Source: Nitrososphaera viennensis EN76 | Lineage (GTDB): Archaea; Thermoproteota; Nitrososphaeria; Nitrososphaerales; Nitrososphaeraceae | Length of the DNA stretch: 32,000 bases | Assembly (NCBI RefSeq): GCF_000698785.1 | Contig: NZ_CP007536.1 | Location: 1,740,001-1,772,000 of the forward strand | Direction of reading: 5' to 3' | Shown here: positions 1 through 8,629 of the stretch, piece by piece | Layout: the number at the start of each line of letters is the position of its first letter | Numbering within the stretch: the first letter of the stretch is position 1 | Notes under the pieces: model-generated | Databases searched by the model: none | What the model saw: only the letters and a program-made list of their open reading frames with translations | Told to the model about the DNA's origin: nothing | Translations under genes and position numbers: made by a program

Positions 1-626
1 ACGCTTTCTGCGGTGTATTTCGTCACCGACGTGGGCACCGGCTCGATTTCCACGCCGGGGTTCATCTTGCGCAAGCGATCAGCAGCAGCTTCGACCTTTA
101 CCCTGCCGATGTCCTCTTCTGTGTAAAGGTGCTGCCTGTGCAGGTTCGTGATTTCAATGACGTCCCTGTCGACTATGCGGAGCTTGCCGACGCCCATTGC
201 CACCAGTTGCGTCACCACAGGGTTTCCGATCCCGCCTGCGCCGACCACGCACACCTTGGCAGCGCGGAGCTTTTCCATTCCCTCAAAGCCTATTTCTTCA
301 AGCATCACCTGCCTAGAGTAGCGCTGCAGTTCCTCGCTTGTCAGCTCGGCGCCACCGGCAACCGCCGGCAGTATGTAGACGTTGTCGCCGTCCTTGAGCG
401 CAGTCGTCATGCCGCCTGAAAAGCGCATGTTCTTGCCGTTCACGTAGATGTTGATGAGCGAGCGGGGCTTGCCGTTGTGGTCAAACACGCGGCGCTTGAA
501 ATCGTCGCCCATCTGCTCCGACACCTTGTTAAAGGCGTCCTGGAGATCCGAAGCGTCTATGGGGAGCTTTTTCTCTCCCTGGCCCTTGTTCAATACCGAC
601 GGGACTGTAAATTCCACTTTTGCCAT
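1..626 (-). CDS. MoaD/ThiS-like ubiquitin-fold domain (aa 1-92, ending ...ILPAVAGG) fused in frame to a ThiF/MoeB/UbaA-type E1-like adenylyltransferase; the C-terminus runs off the window
   Basis: Absent from the ORF track because the window edge truncates it. My minus-strand translation from ATG 626..624: MAKVEFTVPSVLNKGQGEKKLPIDASDLQDAFNKVSEQMGDDFKRRVFDHNGKPRSLINIYVNGKNMRFSGGMTTALKDGDNVYILPAVAGG-AELTSEELQRYSRQVMLEEIGFEGMEKLRAAKVCVVGAGGIGNPVVTQLVAMGVGKLRIVDRDVIEITNLHRQHLY... No stop to position 1. RYSRQ and the GAGGIG Rossmann loop are E1-like hallmarks. The diglycine is encoded at 351..356. Confidence 0.8.
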   Translation of the reverse strand, partial: MAKVEFTVPSVLNKGQGEKKLPIDASDLQDAFNKVSEQMGDDFKRRVFDHNGKPRSLINIYVNGKNMRFSGGMTTALKDGDNVYILPAVAGGAELTSEELQRYSRQVMLEEIGFEGMEKLRAAKVCVVGAGGIGNPVVTQLVAMGVGKLRIVDRDVIEITNLHRQHLYTEEDIGRVKVEAAADRLRKMNPGVEIEPVPTSVTKYTAES

Positions 627-636
627 GTGCCTATAA

Positions 637-1854
637 TCACCCGATCATCGCCGAGACAGCGGCTGCGTCCGGCTTGACAGCGGTAAGTTTCGGCAGCACC
701 CCTATAATTGCTTCTGTGGCCTTTAACCCGTTGCCGGTGACGTAGCAGACTACCTTTTCGTCCTTGTCTATGTTGCCTTCGTCCACCAGCTTTTTCAGCA
801 CGCCCACTGAAACCCCGCCGGCCGGCTCTGTGAATATGCCTTCTGACTGCGCAAGCATCATGATGCCGTCCCTTATCTCCTCGTCGCCTACTTCCTCCGC
901 AAGGCCGCCGTACTGCTTCAACCTCTTTAGCACGTAAATGCCGTCGCCCGGGTCGCCGATTGCGAGGCTCTTGGCTATCGTCTCAGGCCTTTCCACCGGG
1001 ATAACCTCGTCAGAGTTGCGCTTGAACGCGTCGACCACCGGCGCGCACCCGTGCGGCTGCGCCGCCACTATCTTGAGGTTCTTGACGCTGCCGACAAGAC
1101 CGAGCGCGTGCAGCTCTTCAAAGCCCTTGCAAATCGCGTTGAGCATCGCGCCCGAGCCGACAGGGATTATCAGCCTGTCAGGCACCTCCCATCCAAGCTG
1201 CTCGGCGACTTCGTACGCAAGCGTCTTTGACCCTTCCACGTAGTAGGGCCTCATGTTGATGTTGACGATGCCGTAACCCTTGGAGTCGCCGATTATCGAG
1301 GCGACCCTGTTTGCGTCGTCGTACGTGCCCTCTACGGCGACAAACTCGGCGCCGTACGAAAGCGCCTGCGCTATCTTGACGTGCTCGATGTCAGAGGGCG
1401 CAAAGATGTAGCAGGGAAGGCCTGCCTTTGCAGCATGCGCGGCGGTGGCGGAAGCAAGGTTGCCCGTCGACGCACATCCTACCGCCTTTAGTTTCGTCTC
1501 CTTGGCCCTTGACACCGCGACGCCGGCGGGCCTGTCCTTGAACGAAAACGTCGGGTTGACCGAGTCGTTCTTGATGTAAAGGTTCTTCAATCCCAGTCGC
1601 TCGCCCAGCTTGTCTGCGTGCTGGAGCGGCGTCAATCCTGCGTTGAGGCTGACAACGTTTGCCTTGTCCGTGATGGGGAGGAGCTCGAAATAGCGCCAGT
1701 AGGTCTTTTCCCTAAGGTCAAACGTGTGCCTGTTTATCGACGCCTCCCTGTACGTCACGTCCAGGGGGCCGAAACACTCTTCACAAACGTACCGGAACTG
1801 CGGCTCGTATTCCTTGCCGCATTCTCTGCACCTTAATGACTTGATACTTCCCAT
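637..1854 (-). CDS. thrC: threonine synthase family PLP enzyme with N-terminal Cys4 zinc ribbon
   Basis: 405-aa ORF. Zinc ribbon CRECGKEYEPQFRYVCEECFGPLDV and PLP-lysine block NPTFSFKDRP. Length and motif order are typical of archaeal ThrC. Its stop (637) lies 10 nt before the next ATG (626). Confidence 0.88.
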   Translation of the reverse strand: MGSIKSLRCRECGKEYEPQFRYVCEECFGPLDVTYREASINRHTFDLREKTYWRYFELLPITDKANVVSLNAGLTPLQHADKLGERLGLKNLYIKNDSVNPTFSFKDRPAGVAVSRAKETKLKAVGCASTGNLASATAAHAAKAGLPCYIFAPSDIEHVKIAQALSYGAEFVAVEGTYDDANRVASIIGDSKGYGIVNINMRPYYVEGSKTLAYEVAEQLGWEVPDRLIIPVGSGAMLNAICKGFEELHALGLVGSVKNLKIVAAQPHGCAPVVDAFKRNSDEVIPVERPETIAKSLAIGDPGDGIYVLKRLKQYGGLAEEVGDEEIRDGIMMLAQSEGIFTEPAGGVSVGVLKKLVDEGNIDKDEKVVCYVTGNGLKATEAIIGVLPKLTAVKPDAAAVSAMIG

Positions 1855-1957
1855 GATTTATTTAACGCCCTTTCTCTGAAAGCTAATTATTAGAACATCT
1901 CTAAGCACATTTTAAGTATTGCTTAACTTTCTAGTGCATTGATATTGTAATACTTAA

Positions 1958-1971
1958 CAGGAAATTTCCTG
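1958..1971. promoter_or_regulatory. perfect 14-bp palindrome CAGGAAATTTCCTG between the hisI stop and the thrC start
   Basis: Read directly. A third half-site CAGGAAAT lies at 2002..2009. A 9-bp inverted repeat TTAAGTATT (1912..1920) / AATACTTAA (1949..1957) abuts the palindrome. Confidence 0.3.
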
Positions 1972-2023
1972 CAAATTTTCATAGTTTTGACAGCAGGCGT
2001 GCAGGAAATGCAAAGAAATCCGG

Positions 2024-2353
2024 CTATTTCAGCACATTGTGGAAGCAGGTGCGCTCGCCAGTGTGGCACATCGGCTTCTCTGAATCCACGATGTACAGCA
2101 GCGCGTCCGAGTCGCAGTCTACCAAAATTTCGTGCACCGGCTGGACGTTTCCGGACTCTTCGCCCTTCATCCAGAGCTTGTTTCTCGACGTGCTCCAGAA
2201 CCATGCGTTTCCAGTTCTTATCGTGTTTTCAAGCGCCTCTTTGTTGGCGTAGACGAGCGTCAGCACGTCCTTTGTCCTGCGGTCCTGCACTATCACGGGG
2301 ATCACGCCCCCGCGCTTGGCAAAGTCGACGTCGCCGGCAGACTTGACGTTCAT
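2024..2353 (-). CDS. hisI: phosphoribosyl-AMP cyclohydrolase
   Basis: 109-aa ORF with FWSTSRNKLWMKGEESGNVQ...VDCDSDALLYIV...CHTGERTCFH, the conserved HisI core. Confidence 0.9.
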   Translation of the reverse strand: MNVKSAGDVDFAKRGGVIPVIVQDRRTKDVLTLVYANKEALENTIRTGNAWFWSTSRNKLWMKGEESGNVQPVHEILVDCDSDALLYIVDSEKPMCHTGERTCFHNVLK

Positions 2354-2800
2354 TTTGCTATTCTCTGGTTCGTAGCGCGCAAGGCGGAGAAATAAACCTA
2401 TATTGTTTGGTCTGCAACCCTCTTTTGCCTTGTCTACTGCCGAGTCGTCGCTTGATTTTGACGCGTACTGGCGGGCGTGGCTTGCGTCGCGCCTGGCAGA
2501 GATGCGGGAAAAGGCGGCGGCAAGGGCGCGCCAGCAGCAGGAAGAAGAACAAGAGCAGCAAGAAGAAGAGGAATGACTATGCTAGCAATCTTTAGGTGCA
2601 CGCAGCTGCTATATCATGATTACATATATGCTTGAGGCACTGCTTGCGCAGCTTTTTCCCTGCGAGCAGCCGGCTTGCAACGCGTACGACGCCGCAATAA
2701 AAATCGCTTACGCTGTGATCGTGACTGCGGCGATAGTCGTTGTCATTGCATATGTGCGCAGGCGCATTTCTAATCGCTCCCTGCGCTGACTTGGGCAGGC

Positions 2801-2812
2801 AGAGATATATTC
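2801..2812 (+). promoter_or_regulatory. TATA-like box (GATATATT) about 25 nt upstream of the tRNA 5' end
   Basis: AT-rich octamer at 2804..2811. The spacing to 2834 fits archaeal TATA-to-TSS distance. Confidence 0.4.
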
Positions 2813-2833
2813 CCCCATCGTAGAAATGCTGTC

Positions 2834-2936
<103 letters not shown>

Positions 2937-2939
<3 letters not shown>

Positions 2940-4259
2940 TACTTTACCCACATATGCATATTGAAAGCCTGATTTTTCCATGCCGTACCTGTGCAACGGC
3001 TTTGTCAGGTGCCGGTGTGCCTTGGGCGTCGGCACGTACAGCCCAGGCTTTATCGTGCGCTCTTTTTCCACCATTATTTTCTGCGCTTTTTGGTCGCGGA
3101 ACTTGCATCTTTCGCACTGGTAGCCTTTGTTCCTGCCCTCTGACTTCATGCGCTTGCCGCACATCCTGCACAGCGGGTTTGCGACGTCATAAACAGGCGC
3201 CAGCTTCTTTACCAGCAAGTATTCGACGTTCAGTATCTTGGGGTGCAGAGTCGTTCCCTTGCGCACCCCGACGCCTATCTCGATGAGGTCGCCCGGCGCA
3301 AGCGCGACTGCGATGTTTGCAAGGCCGGTCGGCTCGTAGATCGCCGCCGGCATCTCTGCCCCTGCCGCCTGCTCCACCGAAAACATCACGTGCCCTCCCT
3401 CCATCGCGTACGGCCTGCTCTTTACCCTGCACATGACGTAGCCGGCCGTGTACGCCTTTGCCGCGCGCAGGTCAAGCTCGTTTTGCAGGTGCATGTTGGT
3501 GCCCTGGTTTGAGCGGAACACCATATGGCCTTCCAGTTTTTCCGCCGCCGGCAATAATATTCTGGAAATGGCTGACGACACCACCTCCGGGCTTTCGCCC
3601 CGGACGCCAAAGAACACGGGGTCGGACCCGTGCGGCGCAATCAACACCCTGCCGTGATTCTGGTCATAGTTGTTGAACGTATATGGAAAAGTTTCCTTGC
3701 TGAATTTGATTATCCTGTCATTGTCCACCACCCGGGGTGTGCCGCAGTTTTCCGGCGTGCGGTACGCAATGAGCTCAAACGTGTGGTCGCCGTCAAGGGC
3801 GCAGCCCATCGCGCCAAGCGAGCCGACGAGCCCCTGCCCGTTGCCAAACGTCCAGAATCTTATCCCGCACTCTTTTGCCACCTTTTCGGCCTGCTGCCGG
3901 CTGGACACATCGCACATGGCAAAGGCGCTAAACTGCTTCAATTTCTCTGGCAGCAATTCTCCTTCCAGAAACGCCACGCCCGGGTTTGCCCCGCTGCCGA
4001 TAGCCGAGCCTTCCTCCACCGCCTGCCTGACGTAATCAACAACCCTGCCTGCATCCCTTACCCTTGCCCGCAGGCAGACTGCCCCGTTGCCCCGCGTCTT
4101 CCAGGGGATGTTGGGGTTGAGCCGTATAAGCAACGGATAATCGACAAGCTCCGCCCCCATCCTCTCTTTCAGCTCTCCTGCGACCCGGAAGGCCAGGTGC
4201 GTCGTGCACCGGCCTGCCCTTGAGTCGGTGTCGTCAAAGGCCATGTGGAGGAGCGTCAT
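2937..4259 (-). CDS. tiaS: tRNA(Ile2) 2-agmatinylcytidine synthetase
   Basis: 440-aa ORF. N-terminal FDDTDS motif and C-terminal zinc ribbon CRMCGKRMKSEGRNKGYQCERC. Size and architecture are typical of TiaS. The stop codon overlaps the tRNA 3' end by 3 nt on the opposite strand. Confidence 0.85.
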
Positions 4260-4611
4260 GGGTGCAAGATGGCAGAAATTGGCTTAATAGTGTATGGTCA
4301 GGACTGAAGAATACCAAGCGATCATGAGAACCCTATATATTATACAAATGTCGATGTATGCCTAGTCTATCTGCCCAGCTAGACTGGCTGAAAAGATGCA
4401 GGCACCTGTTGCGTTGTGCCAGAAAAAGAGCCACGACCATTGGTTGGCGGTTTACTCCGCTACATATCCCTCGGTATGCCGCAATGCCTGCATTGGATCA
4501 GCCTCTTTTGCATTTCTGTTTCTCTCAGATCGCGGCGAATGATATATCGCTGTTATACAGACGGCACAGAGTTTAAATAGTTTCAAGCACTGACAACGCT
4601 TAGTGAACTAG

Positions 4612-4905
4612 ATGCCAGTCGCAATACTTCCTGATGTTTCTGAACAGCACTGCATCGGCTGCGCGCTCTGCGTAGAAATCTGCACCGCTCTCGGTCCAGA
4701 TGTACTCAGGGTCAAGCCGGTGGAAGGATGGAAGAGGGGTAAGGCATTTGTCTTCTATCCAGAGAGATGCATCTCCGACGGAGCATGCATCGGCGTTTGC
4801 CCGACAAAGGCAATCTTCTGGATGAGGCCGATGGATTACACCCCAGGACAGCCAGTCCCACTGAAGAAGCACGGTCTCTTCGTGAAGGGCTGGGAAGAAG
4901 GTTAA
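4612..4905 (+). CDS. small 4Fe-4S dicluster ferredoxin-like protein
   Basis: 97 aa with CIGCALCVEIC (CxxCxxCxxxC) and CISDGACIGVCP (C..CxxxCP) cluster motifs. Confidence 0.6.
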   Translation: MPVAILPDVSEQHCIGCALCVEICTALGPDVLRVKPVEGWKRGKAFVFYPERCISDGACIGVCPTKAIFWMRPMDYTPGQPVPLKKHGLFVKGWEEG

Positions 4906-4906
4906 G

Positions 4907-4938
4907 TCCTTCTTTCTCTTCTCTTTTCTTTCTTTTTC
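4907..4938 (+). terminator. polypyrimidine/oligo-T tract immediately after the stop codon (archaeal-type terminator candidate)
   Basis: tccttctttctcttctcttttctttctttttc starts 2 nt after TAA 4903..4905. The same kind of tract follows three other plus-strand genes. Confidence 0.35.
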
Positions 4939-5366
4939 AGATTTTATCAGACAGCACACACACTCTAAGAAACGCTTTATATCATAACAAGAGATATGCC
5001 CCAACAACATGGGCTATGTACACATGGATTCGTCTTTCACGTGACATAAATACAAAAACGGCAACATGGAAATCGGCTTTTATGACAAGGACAAGGATGC
5101 AACAATTTACTATTCCACCGGCACATCCAAAGGCAAAAACTCCCAAAAGAAATAGCCCAGACTTTGTTTGAAACTGTTGGCCGCAACCTTTGGGCAAAAA
5201 TTCACTTCAACAAAAAGGGGGTCGCCACCGAGGTTTCGCTGGAAGAATACGACTTTGAAAAAGACGTGCACGGCTTGAAAAAGAAGCTGGGCAAACTGGT
5301 AATAGTAGGCAGTTAGATCCACACACAATTAACTTTTAATTAGCACACTTGCTTTGCTAGAATGAC

Positions 5367-5849
5367 TTGGTCGAGTGGGACGAGCAGATAAAGGCGCATC
5401 TCTTCTGGGTCTGGAAAGAGGACGAGGGCTTGCTAAAGCGCGGCAAGGAGGGCATGCTGGTGATAACCGACAGGCGCCTTGCGTTCATCTCAAAGACAGA
5501 GATGACGTACCGCGCGCACGACACCTACTCTACCCGGCAGCTGAACCGCTTCAAGGCCGGCGAGAACGTTTTCAGGCCAGCCGAGGGCTATGGCATAAAA
5601 GAGCTGGAAAAGGACCTCGACAAGAGCCCGGACAATTTCGAGGTGCCGTTCCGGCAGATAATGGACATAACCTCGGAGGAAAAGAGGTGGGGCACGCTCC
5701 TCAAGGTAAAGCTCAACCTCGGCGACACGACCAAGACTGTCAAGTTCTCAATCGTCAAGGGCTGGGTCACGTACCCTGCAAAGGATCCGCTGGAATTCCA
5801 GCGCATGGACTGGACCCCTCTCATCAATCTGGTGAAAACGGCGGCCTAG
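5367..5849 (+). CDS. hypothetical protein, possible bacterial-PH/GRAM-like fold
   Basis: 160-aa ORF with a TTG start. The segment GMLVITDRRLAFISK resembles bPH/GRAM-type domains. No catalytic motif recognised. Confidence 0.5.
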   Translation: MVEWDEQIKAHLFWVWKEDEGLLKRGKEGMLVITDRRLAFISKTEMTYRAHDTYSTRQLNRFKAGENVFRPAEGYGIKELEKDLDKSPDNFEVPFRQIMDITSEEKRWGTLLKVKLNLGDTTKTVKFSIVKGWVTYPAKDPLEFQRMDWTPLINLVKTAA

Positions 5850-5904
5850 GCAAAGCGTTATATGGGCAGTTGTGGAGGCACGTATTACCAGTAAAGACCG
5901 ATAA

Positions 5905-6135
5905 ATGACCAAAGCATTCGTTTTAATCAATGCCGACACCGGCGTTGAGGGCCTTTTGCATGAAGAGATCAAAGCACTCGACGGGGTGAAGGAAGTTTAC
6001 GAGCTGTACGGCGAATACGACATCATGGCAGTGGTGGAGGAGCCGGACGAAAAGGAAGTCCAGCGTGTCGTCTCGTGGGAGCTGCGCAAGATAAAGGGCG
6101 TGCGCAGCACCAACACGATGGTCGTCGCAAGATAG
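5905..6135 (+). CDS. stand-alone Lrp/AsnC ligand-binding (RAM) domain protein
   Basis: 76 aa. The pattern KAFVLINADTG...VKEVYELYGEYDIMAVVE...IKGVRSTNTMVV is typical of RAM-only proteins. Confidence 0.8.
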   Translation: MTKAFVLINADTGVEGLLHEEIKALDGVKEVYELYGEYDIMAVVEEPDEKEVQRVVSWELRKIKGVRSTNTMVVAR

Positions 6136-6189
6136 CAGCAGGCAGCAATAGCAATAATTAAAGAAGGCATTTTTCTTTCCACATTCTCG

Positions 6190-6906
6190 TTGCCAAAAAA
6201 GCTCTTTGTGGTAGGCGTCGGGCCCGGGTCGCCCCTGTACGTGACCGACGCGGCAAAAGAGGCCGTCAGGAAATCAAAATACGTTGTCGGCTACAGGTAC
6301 ACGCTTGCCACGATAGAGGGCGCCATTGACCGCAGCAGGCAGGAGGTCCTCGAAGTCACGATGAAGTCGCAGGAGGATGTGTACCAGGGAGTCTATGCAA
6401 GGATGAAGGACGGCGAGTACTGCACCGTGCCTTTCACGGGCGACGTCAATTTCTCCGAATCCGAAGTGGTTGACCGCCTGCTGGAGATATTTGGCGACGA
6501 CAACGTCCAGATAATACCCGGCATCAGCTCCATACAGGTGGCCGCCGCAAAATCCCGCGTGCCGACCGACAAGGCGTTCATCGTCACCTTCCACGTGACG
6601 GGCGACATTGAGCAGAAAAAGAAGGATCTCGTGCAGGCGGTCAAGGACGGCAAGAGCGTGATACTGCTTCCAAGGCCGTGGCCGCGCGACCTGTCAAAGC
6701 ACTTCATGCAGTCTGACATTGCAAAATTCCTGAAGGCAAACGGCATCGACACGCAAAAGCTGAAAGTGTGGGTGTTTGAGCACCTGACGACCGACAAGGA
6801 GACGACGTTCAAGGGCGTTGTGAGCGACCTTGAGGGAAAAGAGTTCTCTGACCTGTCGGCGATGGTTATCGATCAGGTAAAGAGGCAGACGTACCTGGAG
6901 TTTTAA
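6190..6906 (+). CDS. tetrapyrrole (corrin/porphyrin) methylase family protein, CbiE-like
   Basis: 238 aa with a TTG start. N-terminal LFVVGVGPGSPLYVTDAAKEAV, FTGDVNF and IIPGISSIQVAAA blocks match the class III SAM methylase fold. Confidence 0.7.
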   Translation: MPKKLFVVGVGPGSPLYVTDAAKEAVRKSKYVVGYRYTLATIEGAIDRSRQEVLEVTMKSQEDVYQGVYARMKDGEYCTVPFTGDVNFSESEVVDRLLEIFGDDNVQIIPGISSIQVAAAKSRVPTDKAFIVTFHVTGDIEQKKKDLVQAVKDGKSVILLPRPWPRDLSKHFMQSDIAKFLKANGIDTQKLKVWVFEHLTTDKETTFKGVVSDLEGKEFSDLSAMVIDQVKRQTYLEF

Positions 6907-6922
6907 AACTGAATAATAATAA

Positions 6923-7729
6923 TCAGGCGACGCCCGGGGGCTCGCCCCTTTCAATCACCTTTTCAAGGTAGCCTACCTGCTGCTCCATGAAGTTCTTTCT
7001 CTTTTCCTCCTCGTCAAGCTGCGCCATGTCAAATGGCTCCAAGCCCAGCAACTTTAGCAAAACCTGCAGAATCGACTGCGCGGCCTTTGGCTGGATGATG
7101 TTCGGGTTGTCGATCTCCCCCAGCATGCACGCCGCGTCGATCCCGCGCTCCTTTGCAAGGCCGAGCACCAGGCCGTTAAAGCCGGAAATCTGGCCCTCAC
7201 CCTGCAGCATCTCGGCACCTGCCTCCTTCAGCGATTGTACGAGCGCCGGGTTGTTGGAGGCGGCAAGCACCCTGCCGCCTGCGCCCGGCTGCCTGAGCGC
7301 GGCGCCGATTGAGTACAGCGCGCTTGCGTTCATACGCTGCGCCATGCCGAGCACTTCGTAGCAGACCTCGTACAGGCGCCTTGGGTCGGCTGGGTTGAAA
7401 TCGCCGGTGAATATCAAAAGGTTGCTTTCGTCGACTGCGTAAAAGCGGTAACTTGCCTGCTTGAAATCAGCAACAATGCCGTCCTTGTAGCTGACAAAGG
7501 GGGGCCAGAACGAGTACAGCTCGGCAAAAACCTTGGCGTCAAGCTTTTTCGCAAGGTACGCAAGGCCGATTCCGGCCACGTTTCCCATGTCCGGGAGCGC
7601 CGCGACTATTCTGGGCGGGCCGGAGAACCTGGGCGTCCTGTGCACCTTGAGCCCGATCATGCGCATATTCCTGCGCCTTTTGCCACAATAAATATCAATC
7701 ATACCGCGTGAAAATACTGATACTTGCAT
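6923..7729 (-). CDS. PAC2 (proteasome assembly chaperone 2-like) family protein
   Basis: 268-aa ORF. ALPDMGNVAGIG..., LIFTGDFNP, GFNGLVLGLAKERGIDAACMLGE are typical of archaeal PAC2/COG1938-type proteins. The start could instead be M22/M24 (7666/7660), since TATA-like boxes precede both. Confidence 0.72.
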   Translation of the reverse strand: MQVSVFSRGMIDIYCGKRRRNMRMIGLKVHRTPRFSGPPRIVAALPDMGNVAGIGLAYLAKKLDAKVFAELYSFWPPFVSYKDGIVADFKQASYRFYAVDESNLLIFTGDFNPADPRRLYEVCYEVLGMAQRMNASALYSIGAALRQPGAGGRVLAASNNPALVQSLKEAGAEMLQGEGQISGFNGLVLGLAKERGIDAACMLGEIDNPNIIQPKAAQSILQVLLKLLGLEPFDMAQLDEEEKRKNFMEQQVGYLEKVIERGEPPGVA

Positions 7730-7755
7730 ACCAGTTCAACGCGTTTGTAAACTGT

Positions 7756-7766
7756 ATTTATATATC
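7756..7766. promoter_or_regulatory. TATA box (ATTTATATATC) in the divergent intergenic region between the PAC2 gene and the small zinc-ribbon gene
   Basis: Strong AT-rich box about 30 nt from ATG 7796 (+) and about 30 nt from ATG 7729 (-). Confidence 0.45.
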
Positions 7767-7795
7767 AAAAACGGCTTTTACAAGCCGTAATGTCA

Positions 7796-7930
7796 ATGGA
7801 AAAGAAGTCTGTTGGCATGGCTCATCATCAACAACAGGACAACAGGGCTTCAATGAAATACTGCGCCGAATGCGGAGCCAAGATGCCCAAGGCGCAAAAG
7901 ACCTGCCCTGCATGCGGCGAGACCCAGTAA
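7796..7930 (+). CDS. small zinc-ribbon protein (44 aa; below the ORF-track cutoff)
   Basis: My translation: MEKKSVGMAHHQQQDNRASMKYCAECGAKMPKAQKTCPACGETQ*. It has a CxxC...CxxC motif, is preceded by a TATA box and is followed by a CT-rich tract. Confidence 0.45.
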   Translation: MEKKSVGMAHHQQQDNRASMKYCAECGAKMPKAQKTCPACGETQ

Positions 7931-7940
7931 GAAGCAAGGG

Positions 7941-7960
7941 CCTTTCCCTTCTCTCTTTTT
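7941..7960 (+). terminator. polypyrimidine/oligo-T tract after the small zinc-ribbon gene
   Basis: cctttcccttctctcttttt lies 10 nt after TAA 7928..7930. It overlaps the nominal TTG start of the next ORF, which argues for a later start there. Confidence 0.3.
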
Positions 7961-8573
7961 GTCCATCAAGACTTTAAAGATCAGGTGCCCTTTGAAAATC
8001 TCTGGCTTGACGACGACAACAATCGTTGCACGCTGGCATACCTGGGCGGGCGATGGCCACGAGCGCCTTGTCCTGGAGGAAGGCCCGGACGGCATCTTGG
8101 CAGAGTCTGTCCTGCAGCTGCAGCAACAACAAGGGGCGGCCTATTCTGCCAGCTACAGGATCGCCTGCGACGGATCATGGCGGACAAGAAAGGTCAAAGT
8201 CGGGCTGATTGGCGGCAGCAGCAGACAAGTTGAACTCGCAAGCGACGGCAACGGCAACTGGACCGACGGCGCTTCTGGCGCCCTCCTGCCCCACCTGAGC
8301 GGCGCCATCGACGTCGACATTTCGGCCACGCCTTTCACTAACACCATACCCATCCGCCGGCTTGGCCTGAAGCTGGGCCAGAGCAAGGACGTCTCTGTAG
8401 CCTACATCAGCCTGCCCGATCTGGCCGTCACGGCCGACCTCCAGCGCTACACATGCCTTGAGCCTGGCAGGCTCTACAGGTACGAATCAGTAGACGGCGG
8501 TTTTGTCAGGGACATCGAGGTTGACGAACACGGGCTGGTCGTGACTTATCCGGGCCTGTTCAAGAGAATCTAA
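7959..8573 (+). CDS. putative glycolipid-binding domain family protein (DUF1089-like)
   Basis: 204-aa ORF. WHTWAGDGHERL..., GAIDVDISATPFTNTIPIRRLGL, LQRYTCL, VDEHGLVVTYPGLFKRI match my recollection of this family. The true start is probably an internal TTG (7992 or 8007). Confidence 0.6.
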   Translation: MSIKTLKIRCPLKISGLTTTTIVARWHTWAGDGHERLVLEEGPDGILAESVLQLQQQQGAAYSASYRIACDGSWRTRKVKVGLIGGSSRQVELASDGNGNWTDGASGALLPHLSGAIDVDISATPFTNTIPIRRLGLKLGQSKDVSVAYISLPDLAVTADLQRYTCLEPGRLYRYESVDGGFVRDIEVDEHGLVVTYPGLFKRI

Positions 8574-8629
8574 GCTGGCTTGCCAAAGCTTAAAACCGGC
8601 GGCAGCAACAAAAAAGCCTGTATACACAT

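Noticed and set aside
129-677. Track ORFs 129..419, 448..636 and 477..677 on the plus strand
   Set aside because: They are antisense to the uninterrupted Ubl-E1 coding frame (1..626, minus), which has textbook MoaD and ThiF motifs. The plus-strand products are featureless.
2407-2595. 62-aa Arg/Lys-rich track ORF
   Set aside because: Extreme basic low complexity (RRRQGRASSRKKNKSSKKKR). The neighbouring frame gives a more protein-like product, which is itself only a low-confidence candidate.
5140-5160. Programmed -1 ribosomal frameshift joining the two short ORFs
   Set aside because: There is no canonical X XXY YYZ slippery heptamer in the zero frame and no obvious downstream stimulatory structure. 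An indel or two independent small ORFs is simpler.
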